Translations under genes and position numbers: made by a program
Part shown: positions 20,018-30,220 of the stretch, in pieces
Layout: each line of letters begins with the position of its first letter
Numbering within the stretch: position 1 is the first letter of the stretch
The notes under the pieces: model-generated
Databases searched by the model: none
Told to the model about the DNA's origin: nothing
Seen by the model: only the letters and a program-made list of their open reading frames with translations
Source of the DNA: Gammaproteobacteria bacterium
Lineage (GTDB): Bacteria; Pseudomonadota; Gammaproteobacteria; GCA-001735895
Assembly: GCA_029864185.1 (NCBI GenBank)
Contig: JAOTTY010000002.1
Span: 1 to 47,773, forward strand
Direction: 5' to 3'
Length of the DNA stretch: 47,773 nt

Positions 20018-21733
20018 ATGAGAGCTTCCCGCTTCCACCTGGCAACTTTGAAAGAAACCCCGGTAGACGCCGAGATCGTCAGCCACCAGTTGATGCTGCG
20101 GGCAGGAATGATCCGCAGGCACGCGGCGGGCATTTACAGCTGGCTGCCGCTGGGCCTGCGGGTACTGCGCAAGGTCGAGCAAATCGTCCGTGAGGAGATG
20201 AACCGGGCCGGGGCGCTCGAGTTGTTGATGCCCTCGTTTCAACCCGCAGAACTGTGGCAGGAATCCGGGCGCTGGGATCATTTCGGTCCCGAACTGCTGC
20301 GCCTCAAGGATCGGCACCAGCGCGACGCCTGCATCGGCCCGACACACGAGGAGATCATCACCGATATCTTCCGTCGCGAGGTGAACAGCTACCGTCAGTT
20401 GCCGCTTAATTTTTACCAGATTCAAACCAAGTTTCGCGATGAAATCAGGCCCCGATTCGGTGTCATGCGATCACGCGAATTCATCATGAAGGATGCCTAT
20501 TCTTTCGATCTCGACAAGCACGCAATGCAGCGTTCCTACGAAATCATGGACCAGGCCTACGTCAGAATTTTCGATCGCTTCGGTCTCGATTATCGAGCCG
20601 TAAGCGCGGATTCCGGCGCAATCGGCGGCAGTACCTCGCAGGAATTTCACGTGCTCGCCGAATCCGGTGAAGATGCGATCGCATTTTCGGACCAGGGTGA
20701 CTTCGCGGCAAACATAGAAACAATCGAGGCGCTGCCCCAGGATGGCGAGCGTGTGGCGCCCGGCGTGGCGATGCAGACCGTCGACACCCCGGGCATGCAC
20801 AGCATCGAAGATCTGGCCTCCGGGCTGGGCGTAAGCGCGCGCCAGTGCCTGAAAACCCTGATCGCCGAAGCTGCCGATGGCGGGCTGGTGGCTCTGGTGT
20901 TGCGTGGCGACCACGAACTCAACGCGCTCAAGGCCGGGCAGCTCGACGGCGTCGCAAGTCCGTTGCGCCTGGCTCAGCCCGAGCAGATTAAAAAGGTAGT
21001 TGGCAGCGATATCGGTTCTATCGGCCCGATCGGCCTCGATATCCGCATCTACGTCGATCGCAGCGCCGCTCAGCTAGGCGATTTCGTTTGCGGCGCCAAC
21101 GAGAAAGACAAACATCACATCCACGCGAACTGGGGACGCGACTGTGCCGAACCGGAGGTCGCCGACATACGCAACGTGGTAGACGGCGATCCCAGCCCGG
21201 ACGGCAGGGGCCGGCTCAGGATATTACGCGGAATCGAGGTCGGGCATATCTTTCAGCTCGGCCAGAAGTACTCGGAATCCATGCAGGCGACGGTACTCGA
21301 CGAGCAGGGCAAGGCGGTCGTCCCGTTCATGGGTTGTTACGGGATCGGGGTCACGCGCGTGGTCGCGGCCGCCATCGAACAAAACCATGACGAGCAAGGT
21401 ATCATCTGGCCCGAGGCCCTGGCACCCTTCCAGCTCGCGATCTGCCCGATCAATTATCACAAGTCGGAGCTGGTCAAACAGGCCACCGACGACTTCTACG
21501 ATGATTGCATCGCACGCGGACTCGACGTGCTGCTCGATGACCGGCCGCTGCGTCCGGGGGTTATATTTTCGGACATGGAGCTGATCGGAGTGCCGCGGCG
21601 CGTGGTTTTCAGCGAGCGCGGACTCGGTGCGGGACAGTTCGAGTACAAGGGTCGTCGTGATTCTTCCGCGCAGGATTTGCCGCTCGACGAATTAACTTCA
21701 TTCATCGAAAAAACGCTTCACCTCCGGCAATGA
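20018..21733 (+). CDS. proS: proline--tRNA ligase
   Basis: [33 protein letters not shown]... is a bacterial-type ProRS N-terminus. It has an insertion (editing) domain, class II motifs and a typical length of 571 aa. Confidence 0.96.
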   Translation: MRASRFHLATLKETPVDAEIVSHQLMLRAGMIRRHAAGIYSWLPLGLRVLRKVEQIVREEMNRAGALELLMPSFQPAELWQESGRWDHFGPELLRLKDRHQRDACIGPTHEEIITDIFRREVNSYRQLPLNFYQIQTKFRDEIRPRFGVMRSREFIMKDAYSFDLDKHAMQRSYEIMDQAYVRIFDRFGLDYRAVSADSGAIGGSTSQEFHVLAESGEDAIAFSDQGDFAANIETIEALPQDGERVAPGVAMQTVDTPGMHSIEDLASGLGVSARQCLKTLIAEAADGGLVALVLRGDHELNALKAGQLDGVASPLRLAQPEQIKKVVGSDIGSIGPIGLDIRIYVDRSAAQLGDFVCGANEKDKHHIHANWGRDCAEPEVADIRNVVDGDPSPDGRGRLRILRGIEVGHIFQLGQKYSESMQATVLDEQGKAVVPFMGCYGIGVTRVVAAAIEQNHDEQGIIWPEALAPFQLAICPINYHKSELVKQATDDFYDDCIARGLDVLLDDRPLRPGVIFSDMELIGVPRRVVFSERGLGAGQFEYKGRRDSSAQDLPLDELTSFIEKTLHLRQ

Positions 21734-22308
21734 CCTCCCGTATTGACCTTGCAATCGCCTTTTTCATCCTGCAGCTACTGATCACGGCAGCGGTTTGTCC
21801 GGTTAGCGCCTCGACCGACCCGGAACTGCGCAAGCTGCTGAAGGAGGCGATCGAATCGGATGCCGGATTCGAGGATCGCTTCGACGCCCAGGTGTGGTTG
21901 CTCGACATGTCGCGGCGGCTCGAAAAATTCGTCACAGATCCGAAGGCACGCATCGAACTGCTCAAGCAGGTGCATTACGAAGCGCGGCGTGTCGGCATCG
22001 AGCCCGAACTCGTGCTTGCCGTTATCGAGGTCGAAAGCCGCTTCGACAAGTTCGCCATCTCCGTCTCCGGCGCGCGCGGATTGATGCAGGTAATGCCGTT
22101 CTGGCTCAACGAAATCGGCATTTCCGATAATAACCTGTTCAAGATTCGCACCAACCTGCGCATGGGCTGCACTATCCTGCGTTACTACATCGATATGGAG
22201 CCCGACAATCTCGGGCGGGCGCTGGCGCGCTATAACGGCAGCCTCGGTAAAAACATTTACCCGAACAAGGTGATCACCGCGTTGCGCGAGCGCTGGTTTA
22301 AGCAATAG
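21730..22308 (+). CDS. lytic transglycosylase (SLT domain) with signal peptide
   Basis: [28 protein letters not shown] carries the catalytic Glu motif. The ATGA overlaps the proS stop. Confidence 0.85.
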   Translation: MTSRIDLAIAFFILQLLITAAVCPVSASTDPELRKLLKEAIESDAGFEDRFDAQVWLLDMSRRLEKFVTDPKARIELLKQVHYEARRVGIEPELVLAVIEVESRFDKFAISVSGARGLMQVMPFWLNEIGISDNNLFKIRTNLRMGCTILRYYIDMEPDNLGRALARYNGSLGKNIYPNKVITALRERWFKQ

Positions 22309-22350
22309 GCGCGACGGGCGTACAATCCCCGTTTTAAACCGCCGTAGATT

Positions 22351-23499
22351 ATGTCCCTGGCAGCTAAACTCAGACGCATCGCGCTGCATCGGCAGGGTTT
22401 GCTCCGATCCAACTCGTTTGGCCGTGGCAAGCAGGCCACGTTACGCGCCATCGAACGGCTCGGTTATGTGCAGATAGACACCATTTCGGTGGTGGCCCGC
22501 GCGCATCATCACGTGTTGTGGTCGCGGGTCGGCAATTATCAACCGAAATTCCTCGACCAGCTCGTCAACGAACGCAGGCTTTTCGAGTACTGGTTTCATG
22601 CCGCCGCGTGGTTGCCGATGCGCGACTACCGGTTCGCGCTGCCGCGCATGGCGCAAATGAACGGCGAGCGTAACTGGTTTCAGGGCTGCGATCGCAGGCT
22701 GAAGAAACAAATTCTCGCACGCATCGAAGCCGAAGGCCCCCTGCGTGCTCGCGACTTCAGCGACCCGGATCACCGCGGCGGCGGCTGGTGGGAATGGAAA
22801 CCGGCGAAACAGGCGCTGGAGCAGATGTTCATGCAGGGCGAGCTGATGGTGAGTTCGCGCGACGGTTTTCAGAAAGTCTACGACCTGCCCGAGCGCGTAC
22901 TGCCCGACTGGGTCGATACCCGCACGCCGACCATGGACGAGTATGCCTGTTACCTGATCGACAGCGCCCTGCGTGCGCATGGCTTTGCCTCGTGCAAAAC
23001 GATTACCTACCTGCGCAAGGGGCAAAAACTGCGTGACTCGGCCAAAAAGCTGCTCGAATCGAGAATCGAGGCAGGCTCGCTGACCCGGGTGGAGCAGGTC
23101 GACGGCACGGTGGTTTACATCGAGCCCGAACTGCTCGACAGCAGGGCCCCGCGCAGCACCGCTCAGGCGCGAATTTTATCACCCTTCGACAATGTCGTGA
23201 TCCAGCGCCAGCGCGGTCGCCAGGTCTTCGATTTCGATTACCAGATCGAATGTTACCTGCCCGAATCCAGGCGTGTTTACGGTTATTTTTGCCTGCCGAT
23301 CCTGTATCGGGATCGCTTCGTCGGTCGCGTCGACTGCAAGGCGCACCGCGCTTGCGGTACGCTCGAGATTAAAGCACTGCACATCGAGCGCCGGGTCGAC
23401 GAGGCGTTCTACCAATCGTTTCACGATGCCCTGTTGGCATTCGCGAACTTCAACGGCTGCGAACAGATCGTCGGTGAAGGCGTCGAGCCGGAGCGCTGA
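22351..23499 (+). CDS. ycaQ: YcaQ-family winged-helix protein (DNA crosslink-repair glycosylase family)
   Basis: LRAIERLGYVQIDTISVVARAHHHVLWSRV...YWFHAA...CLPILY are family-typical motifs. Confidence 0.75.
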   Translation: MSLAAKLRRIALHRQGLLRSNSFGRGKQATLRAIERLGYVQIDTISVVARAHHHVLWSRVGNYQPKFLDQLVNERRLFEYWFHAAAWLPMRDYRFALPRMAQMNGERNWFQGCDRRLKKQILARIEAEGPLRARDFSDPDHRGGGWWEWKPAKQALEQMFMQGELMVSSRDGFQKVYDLPERVLPDWVDTRTPTMDEYACYLIDSALRAHGFASCKTITYLRKGQKLRDSAKKLLESRIEAGSLTRVEQVDGTVVYIEPELLDSRAPRSTAQARILSPFDNVVIQRQRGRQVFDFDYQIECYLPESRRVYGYFCLPILYRDRFVGRVDCKAHRACGTLEIKALHIERRVDEAFYQSFHDALLAFANFNGCEQIVGEGVEPER

Positions 23500-23591
23500 C
23501 ACCGGCTTGTCCGGTGAGTCAATACCGCCTACGGATCAGGCTGGCGTCGCCGACCAAACGAGATGCGCAGGTTTACATATTCGCAGGACGA

Positions 23592-24254
23592 TCAATCGCG
23601 CTCAGTTTTTTTCTTCCTGTGGTCGATAAAGACCAGCGCAAGGCTGATCGCAGAAAGCAGGATCAGCGGCCCGACGATGGTAATGTCCAGCAACAGCTCC
23701 GGCGAAAACGAGCTGGTCGCCCCGTAAATGACGCGCGCGTAAATGTAGGATTTGATCGCAATCCCGAGGATCGCCGTGATGACGAAGTAGCTTAGCCGGG
23801 CGCGCAGGATCCCCGCACTGTAATTGACGATCGCGTGTGGAAATCCGGGGAACACGCGCATCGCGAACAGCGTGTAGAGGTTTTCCTGGGCACTCAACAA
23901 TCGGTAGCTGTGCGTTTTTTTGACCTTATCGACCCATTCCTCGGTCAGGTACTCGGAAAAATAATAAGCACCGAGTCCGCCGAGCGTGCCGCCGGCGGCG
24001 AGAATGAAGGTCGCGATCGGCGGCGGGTATAGCGGCGCCGCGACCCAGAGAAACAACGAGCCCGCCAGGGCGAAGGTGAACAGGATCGATTGCGCCAGGA
24101 TCAAAACCAGGATCAGCCACCAGTGCTCGGTATAGCCTCGCGCAAAATCGAGAATCAGCCGCGCATCGAGCCACCCGGCGATCTGCAGGTACAGGCCGGC
24201 GGTGACGAGCAGCGCGAGCAGCAGCAGGCGGGTGCGGTGCCGCCGCATCACCAC
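23592..24254 (-). CDS. TVP38/TMEM64 (DedA/SNARE-associated-like) membrane protein
   Basis: Several hydrophobic segments with the family-typical RVFPGFPHAIVNYSAGI motif. Confidence 0.75.
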   Translation of the reverse strand: MVMRRHRTRLLLLALLVTAGLYLQIAGWLDARLILDFARGYTEHWWLILVLILAQSILFTFALAGSLFLWVAAPLYPPPIATFILAAGGTLGGLGAYYFSEYLTEEWVDKVKKTHSYRLLSAQENLYTLFAMRVFPGFPHAIVNYSAGILRARLSYFVITAILGIAIKSYIYARVIYGATSSFSPELLLDITIVGPLILLSAISLALVFIDHRKKKTERD

Positions 24255-24291
24255 GATTCCGGTTTGACAGGCATCAGGCCTTCATCACCCG

Positions 24292-24765
24292 CTACTCCAG
24301 ATCCAGGATGCTTGCGGGAGTCCAGTTCGCGTGCTGGAGCAACCAGTCGTCTTCCTTGACGAGGCGCAACTCGAATCTGTATATCCGGGCGCGCAGCGCG
24401 GCAAGCGCATCGAGGTCGCTGATGACGCTCCCGGCCATCGCGACGTGTAATTTTACCGTCGCCTGGTTCTCGGCCAGCAGCTCGATTGACTCGATCCGCG
24501 TAAATAAATGAATGTTCTTATGCGTGAAGAAATAGGCGCGCAGCAGGTCGGCAAGCTGTTTCCTGTTGTAAGCTTTGGCGTCGCGGTAGTCGGGATGCAA
24601 CATGTCGTTCAAATCGTCGACGCTGCGGTTTTCCGCGGCCGCAACACCCGCCTCGACGAAAGTCCTGATTTCGTCCTGCGCCGATCCCGGCTCGTCGCTG
24701 CAGGCCAGTAACATGGTTCCCGCCCATAGCAATAATAACAAACGGGCCATGGATCCAGGCGACAC
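24292..24765 (-). CDS. lipoprotein of unknown function
   Basis: Lipobox signal (MARLLLLLWAGTMLLAC|SDE). It begins 6 nt downstream of the GspE-like ATPase gene. I do not recognise a catalytic motif. Confidence 0.65.
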   Translation of the reverse strand: MSPGSMARLLLLLWAGTMLLACSDEPGSAQDEIRTFVEAGVAAAENRSVDDLNDMLHPDYRDAKAYNRKQLADLLRAYFFTHKNIHLFTRIESIELLAENQATVKLHVAMAGSVISDLDALAALRARIYRFELRLVKEDDWLLQHANWTPASILDLE

Positions 24766-24771
24766 GAGCCT

Positions 24772-26538
24772 TCAGCCGTCGTAACGTGGCGGCGCAACCT
24801 TGAGGACTTCCTCGATCGTGGTCATGCCGCGCGCAACTTTCTGCGCGCCCGCCAGGTTGAGCGGTTTCATGCCCTGCCTGATAGCCGCCTTGCGAAACCT
24901 GACCAGGTCGAAATTATCGGAAACCTCCTGCTTCAGGCTGTCGCCAAGCGGCATCATTTCGTAGATGCCGATGCGGCCGATAAAACCCGTCTGCCGACAC
25001 TCGAGACATCCGTCGGCAGCGGCGATTTTTTCCGGTGGTGAAGTGGTCCATGGCTTGATCAGGGCCTTCCAGTCGAGCAGGTCGAAGCCGGTCTCATGCT
25101 TGCAGTGAGGGCACAGGGTACGCACCAGCCGCTGGGCGACCACCCCGATCAGGGTCGCGGAAATCAGGTAGGGCGGGACTCCGATCTCGGTAAGTCGCGC
25201 GATCGCGGATGGCGCATCGTTGGTGTGCAGGGTCGATAACACCAGGTGCCCGGTAAGCGCGGCCTGTACCGCCATTTCTGCGGTTTCCCGGTCACGAATT
25301 TCACCAATCATTATGATGTCGGGATCCTGGCGCAGCAGGGTCTTTACCCCGCTGGCGAAATCCAGGTCGATATTGTGCTGCACCTGCATCTGGTTGAAGC
25401 TCGGCTCCACCAGCTCTATCGGATCCTCGATGGTACAGACGTTTACCTGCGGGGTCGCCAGCTGTTTGAGACTGGTGTAGAGGGTGGTCGTTTTTCCCGA
25501 CCCCGTCGGCCCGGTCACCAAAATGATACCGTAGGGCCGCGTAATCATTTCGTTCCAGATATCGGATTCGGTTTTTTCGAGCCCCAGCGCCGTGAAATTC
25601 TTGACCAGCACCTCCGGATCGAATATGCGCAGCACCAGCTTTTCGCCGAAGGCGGTCGGCATGCTCGACAGCCGCAGCTCGATTTCGGCGCCACCCGGTG
25701 ACAGGGTCTTGATCCTGCCGTCCTGGGGTTTGCGCTTTTCGGCGACGTCGAGACGTCCCATGATCTTGATTCGGCTTATCACGGCGGCGGTGATGTTGGC
25801 GGGTATCTCGTAGACCTGGTGCATGAAGCCGTCGATACGAAACCGCACGTTGCCTTGCGAGCGGCGGGGTTCGATGTGAATATCGCTGGCACGCTGGCTG
25901 AAGGCATACTGCATCAACCAGTCGACGATACTGACGATATGCTGATCTTCGGCGTCCACCTTGCCGGTCTTACCCAGCTCGATCAATTGCTCCAGGTTCT
26001 GAATATTGCCCGGCATATTCACGGCGGACTTGTTGCCGGCACCCTCCATCGCCTTGCTGACGCTGTAAAACTCGACCAGGTAATTCTTCAGCTCTCGTGG
26101 ATTGGCGAGTACCGTCTTGATCGGTTTTCTGACGATACGATCCAGTTCCTCGATCCACTCCAGGTTGTATGGATCGGTCAGTGCGACCACGATTTCGCTA
26201 TCGGTCACCTTGACGGGCAGTATGCTGAAACGCGACGCATAAGCGTAGGACATGATCGAGGTGCAGGCGGTAACGTCCATCTTAAGCGGATCGAAATGAT
26301 ATCGTTCCTGCCCGGATTGCCCGGCCAGCCAGTCGGTTAGCATATCTAGCGAGAGTAACTGTTGAGGTTGTGACTTGTTACTCCACTGCCGGCTGGCAAT
26401 GATTTCGAGCGGGTGCAGATTTTTCCTGTCCTTGGCGGAGACCAGCGAGGTGATCATACTGGCCTTGTCCTGCTCGACGATATCCTGCGATACCAGTTGA
26501 TCGAGTATCCCTTCCAGGGTACAGACGAGTTTAGTCAC
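24772..26538 (-). CDS. GspE/PulE/PilB-family secretion ATPase (orphan)
   Basis: Motifs: a T2SSE_N-like region (FSILPVKVTDSEIVVALTDPYNLEWIEEL), Walker A GPTGSGKTTT, Walker B DPDIIMIGEIRD, His box LVLSTLHTNDA and a tetra-Cys motif (CPHC...CLEC). Confidence 0.92.
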   Translation of the reverse strand: MTKLVCTLEGILDQLVSQDIVEQDKASMITSLVSAKDRKNLHPLEIIASRQWSNKSQPQQLLSLDMLTDWLAGQSGQERYHFDPLKMDVTACTSIMSYAYASRFSILPVKVTDSEIVVALTDPYNLEWIEELDRIVRKPIKTVLANPRELKNYLVEFYSVSKAMEGAGNKSAVNMPGNIQNLEQLIELGKTGKVDAEDQHIVSIVDWLMQYAFSQRASDIHIEPRRSQGNVRFRIDGFMHQVYEIPANITAAVISRIKIMGRLDVAEKRKPQDGRIKTLSPGGAEIELRLSSMPTAFGEKLVLRIFDPEVLVKNFTALGLEKTESDIWNEMITRPYGIILVTGPTGSGKTTTLYTSLKQLATPQVNVCTIEDPIELVEPSFNQMQVQHNIDLDFASGVKTLLRQDPDIIMIGEIRDRETAEMAVQAALTGHLVLSTLHTNDAPSAIARLTEIGVPPYLISATLIGVVAQRLVRTLCPHCKHETGFDLLDWKALIKPWTTSPPEKIAAADGCLECRQTGFIGRIGIYEMMPLGDSLKQEVSDNFDLVRFRKAAIRQGMKPLNLAGAQKVARGMTTIEEVLKVAPPRYDG

Positions 26539-26601
26539 GGGTTAATTCTGGCATAATTCTTTCCTGCATATTAGCAGGATTTCACCGGCTTGCATGGGCG
26601 A

Positions 26602-27084
26602 TTATTGAGAAGAGGTTAACTGCGGCTGCCAGTTTTGAATAAACTGCTCGATCATTTCGCGCGTCACGGGTCCTACCTGCCGTGCCACCACGTCACCCTG
26701 CGGGGATACCAGGAAGGTGGTCGGCAATCCCGGAATTAGTCCAAGTTCCGATTGCTGGGCAGGCTTCGACGTAAAAACCGGGTAAGTAATGAAATAATCC
26801 TCGAGAAAATCCTGCAATCTCTGCTTGCCGATCAGTTCGGTATTGATACCGAGAACCATCGCATCTTTATCGACATGGGCGTCGTGAAACGACTGCAGCT
26901 CGGGCATTTCGACGATGCAGGGCGGGCACCAGGTCGCCCAGTAATTGACCACCAGCCACTTGCCCTGGTAACTGCTGATATTGACCCTGTTGCCGTGGAT
27001 ATCCTGCAGCGGCATATCGACCGCCCGGACCGCAAGGGGCAACGCCAGTACCACCAGCAGCACAGAAAGAAAACGTTTCATCAT
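26602..27084 (-). CDS. TlpA-family thiol:disulfide oxidoreductase (exported thioredoxin-like)
   Basis: Signal peptide MMKRFLSVLLVVLALPLAVRA and redox motif WATWCPPC. Confidence 0.88.
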   Translation of the reverse strand: MMKRFLSVLLVVLALPLAVRAVDMPLQDIHGNRVNISSYQGKWLVVNYWATWCPPCIVEMPELQSFHDAHVDKDAMVLGINTELIGKQRLQDFLEDYFITYPVFTSKPAQQSELGLIPGLPTTFLVSPQGDVVARQVGPVTREMIEQFIQNWQPQLTSSQ

Positions 27085-27234
27085 TGAGTAATCGTCATAT
27101 TGTTTTATGAAAGTATAATTTGATTTTAGTTCAAAAGTTTACAACTTGATCGACTAGTTAGCCTTCGGCACGGGCAGGCGCTCACGAGTTCGGGAAATCC
27201 GTTCACGATCAACCCGTCTGGATAGACGGACTCC

Positions 27235-27264
27235 AAAAAAAAGCCCGCGAAACGCGGGCTTTTT
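27235..27264 (-). terminator. intrinsic (bidirectional-type) terminator after the LysM lipoprotein gene
   Basis: AAAAAAAA-GCCCGCG-aaa-CGCGGGC-TTTTT. On the minus strand 8 T follow the stem. It lies about 20 nt past the stop at 27282. Confidence 0.8.
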
Positions 27265-27281
27265 CGATTGAAGGGTCCTGC

Positions 27282-27944
27282 CTATTGCGCCAGGTAATCC
27301 AGATCCGATGCCTCGGTTACGCCGATCGACCAGGCACCCCGATTACGGGCGTGCTCGATTGCCGCGGCGCGCTCGGGTCCCTTGGCTTTCGGGATGTAGA
27401 AATACTGACCCGGAAAGATCAGGTCGGCGTCCTTGATCTGGCCCGAATTGGTCTTGTAGATCAGCGGCCACATATAGGGATCGCCGTAGATGGTACTTTG
27501 CCCGGCTATGGTCCACAGGTTATCGCCGCTAACCACCAGGTAGCCACCAAGGTACGGAGAGGTATCGGCCATTTCGGTGCTTGCGGGCTCCGGGGCTGTC
27601 TCCACTGCCACGGGTTCGCTTTGCAGCGCAGCGATTGCCGCCGCCGCGGCTTCCTCGGCCTTGTTGGCGAGAATCTTCGCGCGAACGTTTTGACAATCGG
27701 CTGCAGCTTGCTCAGCTTCCTCGATTATCTTTGCGTTTTCTTCCCATTCGGCACCCAGGTTTCTGGCGCGAGCGTTTTTCAGCTTGGCGGCGTAGATCGC
27801 ATTGCGGACTTCAGGAGTGGCACCCTGACATTCCTCTTCGACTGCAACTTCGGTCATCTCTGTAGTCGACTGTTGACAGCCTGCGATTATGCCTGAGGTC
27901 AAAACGGCAATAGCCGCGACCTTAAGGAGTTCTGTTGGTTTCAT
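27282..27944 (-). CDS. LysM domain lipoprotein
   Basis: Lipobox (LTSGIIAGC|QQ). The middle is Ala/Glu-rich. The C-terminus is a LysM domain (YLVVSGDNLWTIAG...IFPGQYFYIP). Confidence 0.85.
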   Translation of the reverse strand: MKPTELLKVAAIAVLTSGIIAGCQQSTTEMTEVAVEEECQGATPEVRNAIYAAKLKNARARNLGAEWEENAKIIEEAEQAAADCQNVRAKILANKAEEAAAAAIAALQSEPVAVETAPEPASTEMADTSPYLGGYLVVSGDNLWTIAGQSTIYGDPYMWPLIYKTNSGQIKDADLIFPGQYFYIPKAKGPERAAAIEHARNRGAWSIGVTEASDLDYLAQ

Positions 27945-28216
27945 CTATTGTTTTCTCCGAGAACTTTTAAGAATTGGTAGCTTCGTAATTATGGTAGCCC
28001 ATTTTGCCAAGAAGACTACATTGATCAACCCCTTAGAGCAAGTTTTTAATGTAAATATTACTCATTTGGCCCTGATTATAGCCCAGATTTGAACCTTTTC
28101 ACGGAACTATGAAAACAGCCCTGTCAGGAAGCCCTATCGTGTGCCTTGTTAACGCTATTGATAATGCAGCTGCGATATTGTACAACATCGCCAGTTCGGT
28201 CGCCAGAGACCAGGAA

Positions 28217-28576
28217 ATGAATAATCACAAGCTCGTCATCTACCATAATCCCAGGTGTAGCAAATCCCGCGAAACGCTGCAATTGCTGGAAGACCGGGAA
28301 TTGAACCCCGAGATCATCAATTATCTCGATGAGCCGCCGTCACCGCGGGAGCTTAAGAAAATCATTGCACTGCTGGGGGTCACGGCCCGGGACCTGATGC
28401 GCACCACCGAACCCGTCTACCGGGATGCCGATCTCGACGACGACAGCCTTTCGGACGAGGAAATTATCGAAGCGATTTGCGAGTACCCGGCCTTGCTGCA
28501 GCGACCCATCGTCGTTTTCGGTGACAGGGCGGTGATTGGCCGACCACCGGCCAGGGTCCTTGATATCGTTGCATAA
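28217..28576 (+). CDS. arsC: ArsC-family (glutaredoxin-type) arsenate reductase-like protein
   Basis: MNNHKLVIYHNPRCSKSRETLQLL contains the catalytic Cys context. The ATG is at 28217. The upstream 36 codons of the track ORF are rejected. Confidence 0.85.
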   Translation: MNNHKLVIYHNPRCSKSRETLQLLEDRELNPEIINYLDEPPSPRELKKIIALLGVTARDLMRTTEPVYRDADLDDDSLSDEEIIEAICEYPALLQRPIVVFGDRAVIGRPPARVLDIVA

Positions 28577-29156
28577 AATCCTGATTGTTTACTACAGCCG
28601 GCACGGCAGCGTCGCCCGTATGGCCGAACAGATCGGCCTCGGAGTCGATTCCAACGAGGACTGCGAAGCGGTGCTGCGCAGTTTACCGTCGGTTTCCGCG
28701 GACAGTGAACAAAGCATCGCATCGATTCCGCAGGCAGGCGTCCCCTATGCCACGATTTCGGACCTCGAATCCTGTTCCGGCCTGGTGCTGGGCAGCCCCG
28801 GTTACTTCGGCAATATGTCCTCGGCCGCCAAGTATTTTCTCGACCAGACCAGTTCGCTGTGGCTTGCCGGCGGCATGATTGGCAAACCGGGGGGCGTTTT
28901 TACCGCGACCTCGAGCATGCATGGCGGACAGGAGACCGTGCTCACCAGCATGATGCTGCCCTTGCTGCATCACGGCATGCTGGTGGCCGGTATACCCTAC
29001 TCAGAACCGGCGCTCAACCAGACACGCTCCGGGGCGACCCCCTACGGCGCGAGCCACGTTGCCTGGCAGCAGGGCCAGGCTCTGAGCGAGCACGAGGTCT
29101 CGGCCTGCAAAGCCCTGGGCAGGCGTATCGCCGACCTCGCCTGCCGGCTCGGGTGA
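28569..29156 (+). CDS. wrbA: NAD(P)H:quinone oxidoreductase WrbA (flavodoxin-like)
   Basis: (M)HKILIVYYSRHGSVARMAEQI...GSPGYFGNMSSAAKYFLDQT...GGQE. The proposed TTG start at 28569 overlaps the arsC end by 8 nt, so the start is uncertain. Confidence 0.85.
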   Translation: MHKILIVYYSRHGSVARMAEQIGLGVDSNEDCEAVLRSLPSVSADSEQSIASIPQAGVPYATISDLESCSGLVLGSPGYFGNMSSAAKYFLDQTSSLWLAGGMIGKPGGVFTATSSMHGGQETVLTSMMLPLLHHGMLVAGIPYSEPALNQTRSGATPYGASHVAWQQGQALSEHEVSACKALGRRIADLACRLG

Positions 29157-29509
29157 GAGCGGCGGCGTTCGTGCTGCATCCGCTCAAAATTATCAGCCTG
29201 GTCTGCTGGCTGGGATTATTCGGTTTTCAGTCAAGTCTGCTCTGGCCTGCATCGGGGGTAAGCTATTATTGGGGGTTGCTGCTTGCGATACCCTTGCTGA
29301 TACCGCTACCAGGCCTGCTCGGCGGCAAGCGCTACACCTACCAGTGGATTGGCTTCCCGATGCTCGTCTATTTCTGCGTCGGTATCAGCGAGCTCGCGAC
29401 GAATCCGCAGTTGCGGGTCTATGGTCTTGGCACCACGCTGTCGAGCACGATCCTGTTCCTGGCGAGCATCTACTATGCCCGCTACCTCGGCTTGCGGGAA
29501 AGGCGGTAA
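29153..29509 (+). CDS. DUF2069-like small membrane protein
   Basis: Hydrophobic 118-aa product (LKIISLVCWLGLFGF...YYWGLLLAIPLLIPLPGLL...YQWIGFPMLVYFCVG). GTGA overlaps the wrbA stop. It occupies the position of the DUF2069 gene after wrbA in Pseudomonas. The track ORF start at 28859 is an out-of-frame overlap of wrbA. Confidence 0.6.
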   Translation: MRAAAFVLHPLKIISLVCWLGLFGFQSSLLWPASGVSYYWGLLLAIPLLIPLPGLLGGKRYTYQWIGFPMLVYFCVGISELATNPQLRVYGLGTTLSSTILFLASIYYARYLGLRERR

Positions 29510-30220
29510 CTATTCGGGTCGATCCAGCAGCGCTTGCTTGACCAGCGGTATCGTCACCCTGCGCTGCTGCGACAGCGAAATCCCGTCGAGTCGCTGCAGG
29601 ATCGACATTTGTGACGCCAGGTTGCGCGCATAGTGCGTCATCAGGTAGGCGATCACCTCGTCCGAGAGTTCAAAACCGAGCAGGCCTGCGCGGCGGCGCA
29701 GTATTTCACGAATTTCCTTATCGCCGCTGCCCGGCAACTGCAGCAGCAAACCCCACTGCAGACGGGAACGAAAGTCATCGAGGCAGGTCTGCAAATCCTC
29801 GGGCCGGTCTGTCATCGCGAATATAAAGCGATAGTCGCCATCCCGGCAGCGATTGACTACGCGATAAAAAAACGTTTCCCAGCCGGGATTGCCGGCAATC
29901 GCATCGAGGTTGTCCACCGCCAGCACGTCGCATCGGTCGTAACCGTCGAATTCCCCGGGATCGCATTGCAGCAATTGCGCCGCGTCATAGATTTGCAGCA
30001 CGACCCCGTGCTTTCTCGCGAAGTCCGCGCTGGCGTTGAGCAAATGCGTCTTGCCGCTGCCGCTACCGCCCCAGAGACCTACCTGGCTCTCACCTTCCCC
30101 GAGCACCAGCGACTTCAGGTTTGCAACGATTAGTTCGGCCTGCCCGCAGATGAAATTGTCAAAGCTGAACTGGCGATCGAGGGAAATCGGTAACGCGATC
30201 TGTTTAATTGGCCACCCCAC
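29510..30220 (-). CDS. hda: DnaA regulatory inactivator Hda
   Basis: QIALPISLDRQFSFDNFI...LWGGSGSGKTHLLNA is a DnaA-like AAA+ module. GTG start at 30220. It abuts the convergent DUF2069 stop with zero spacer. Confidence 0.88.
   Translation of the reverse strand: MGWPIKQIALPISLDRQFSFDNFICGQAELIVANLKSLVLGEGESQVGLWGGSGSGKTHLLNASADFARKHGVVLQIYDAAQLLQCDPGEFDGYDRCDVLAVDNLDAIAGNPGWETFFYRVVNRCRDGDYRFIFAMTDRPEDLQTCLDDFRSRLQWGLLLQLPGSGDKEIREILRRRAGLLGFELSDEVIAYLMTHYARNLASQMSILQRLDGISLSQQRRVTIPLVKQALLDRPE

Noticed and set aside
23500-23591. Hairpin CACCGG-cttgt-CCGGTG after ycaQ as a terminator
   Set aside because: The stem is 6 bp and has no T-run on either strand, so it is too weak to annotate.
28859-29152. 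5' part of the 216-aa ORF 28859-29509
   Set aside because: This portion overlaps wrbA out of frame and is Arg-rich. Only the hydrophobic DUF2069-like part after the wrbA stop (from GTG 29153) looks real.
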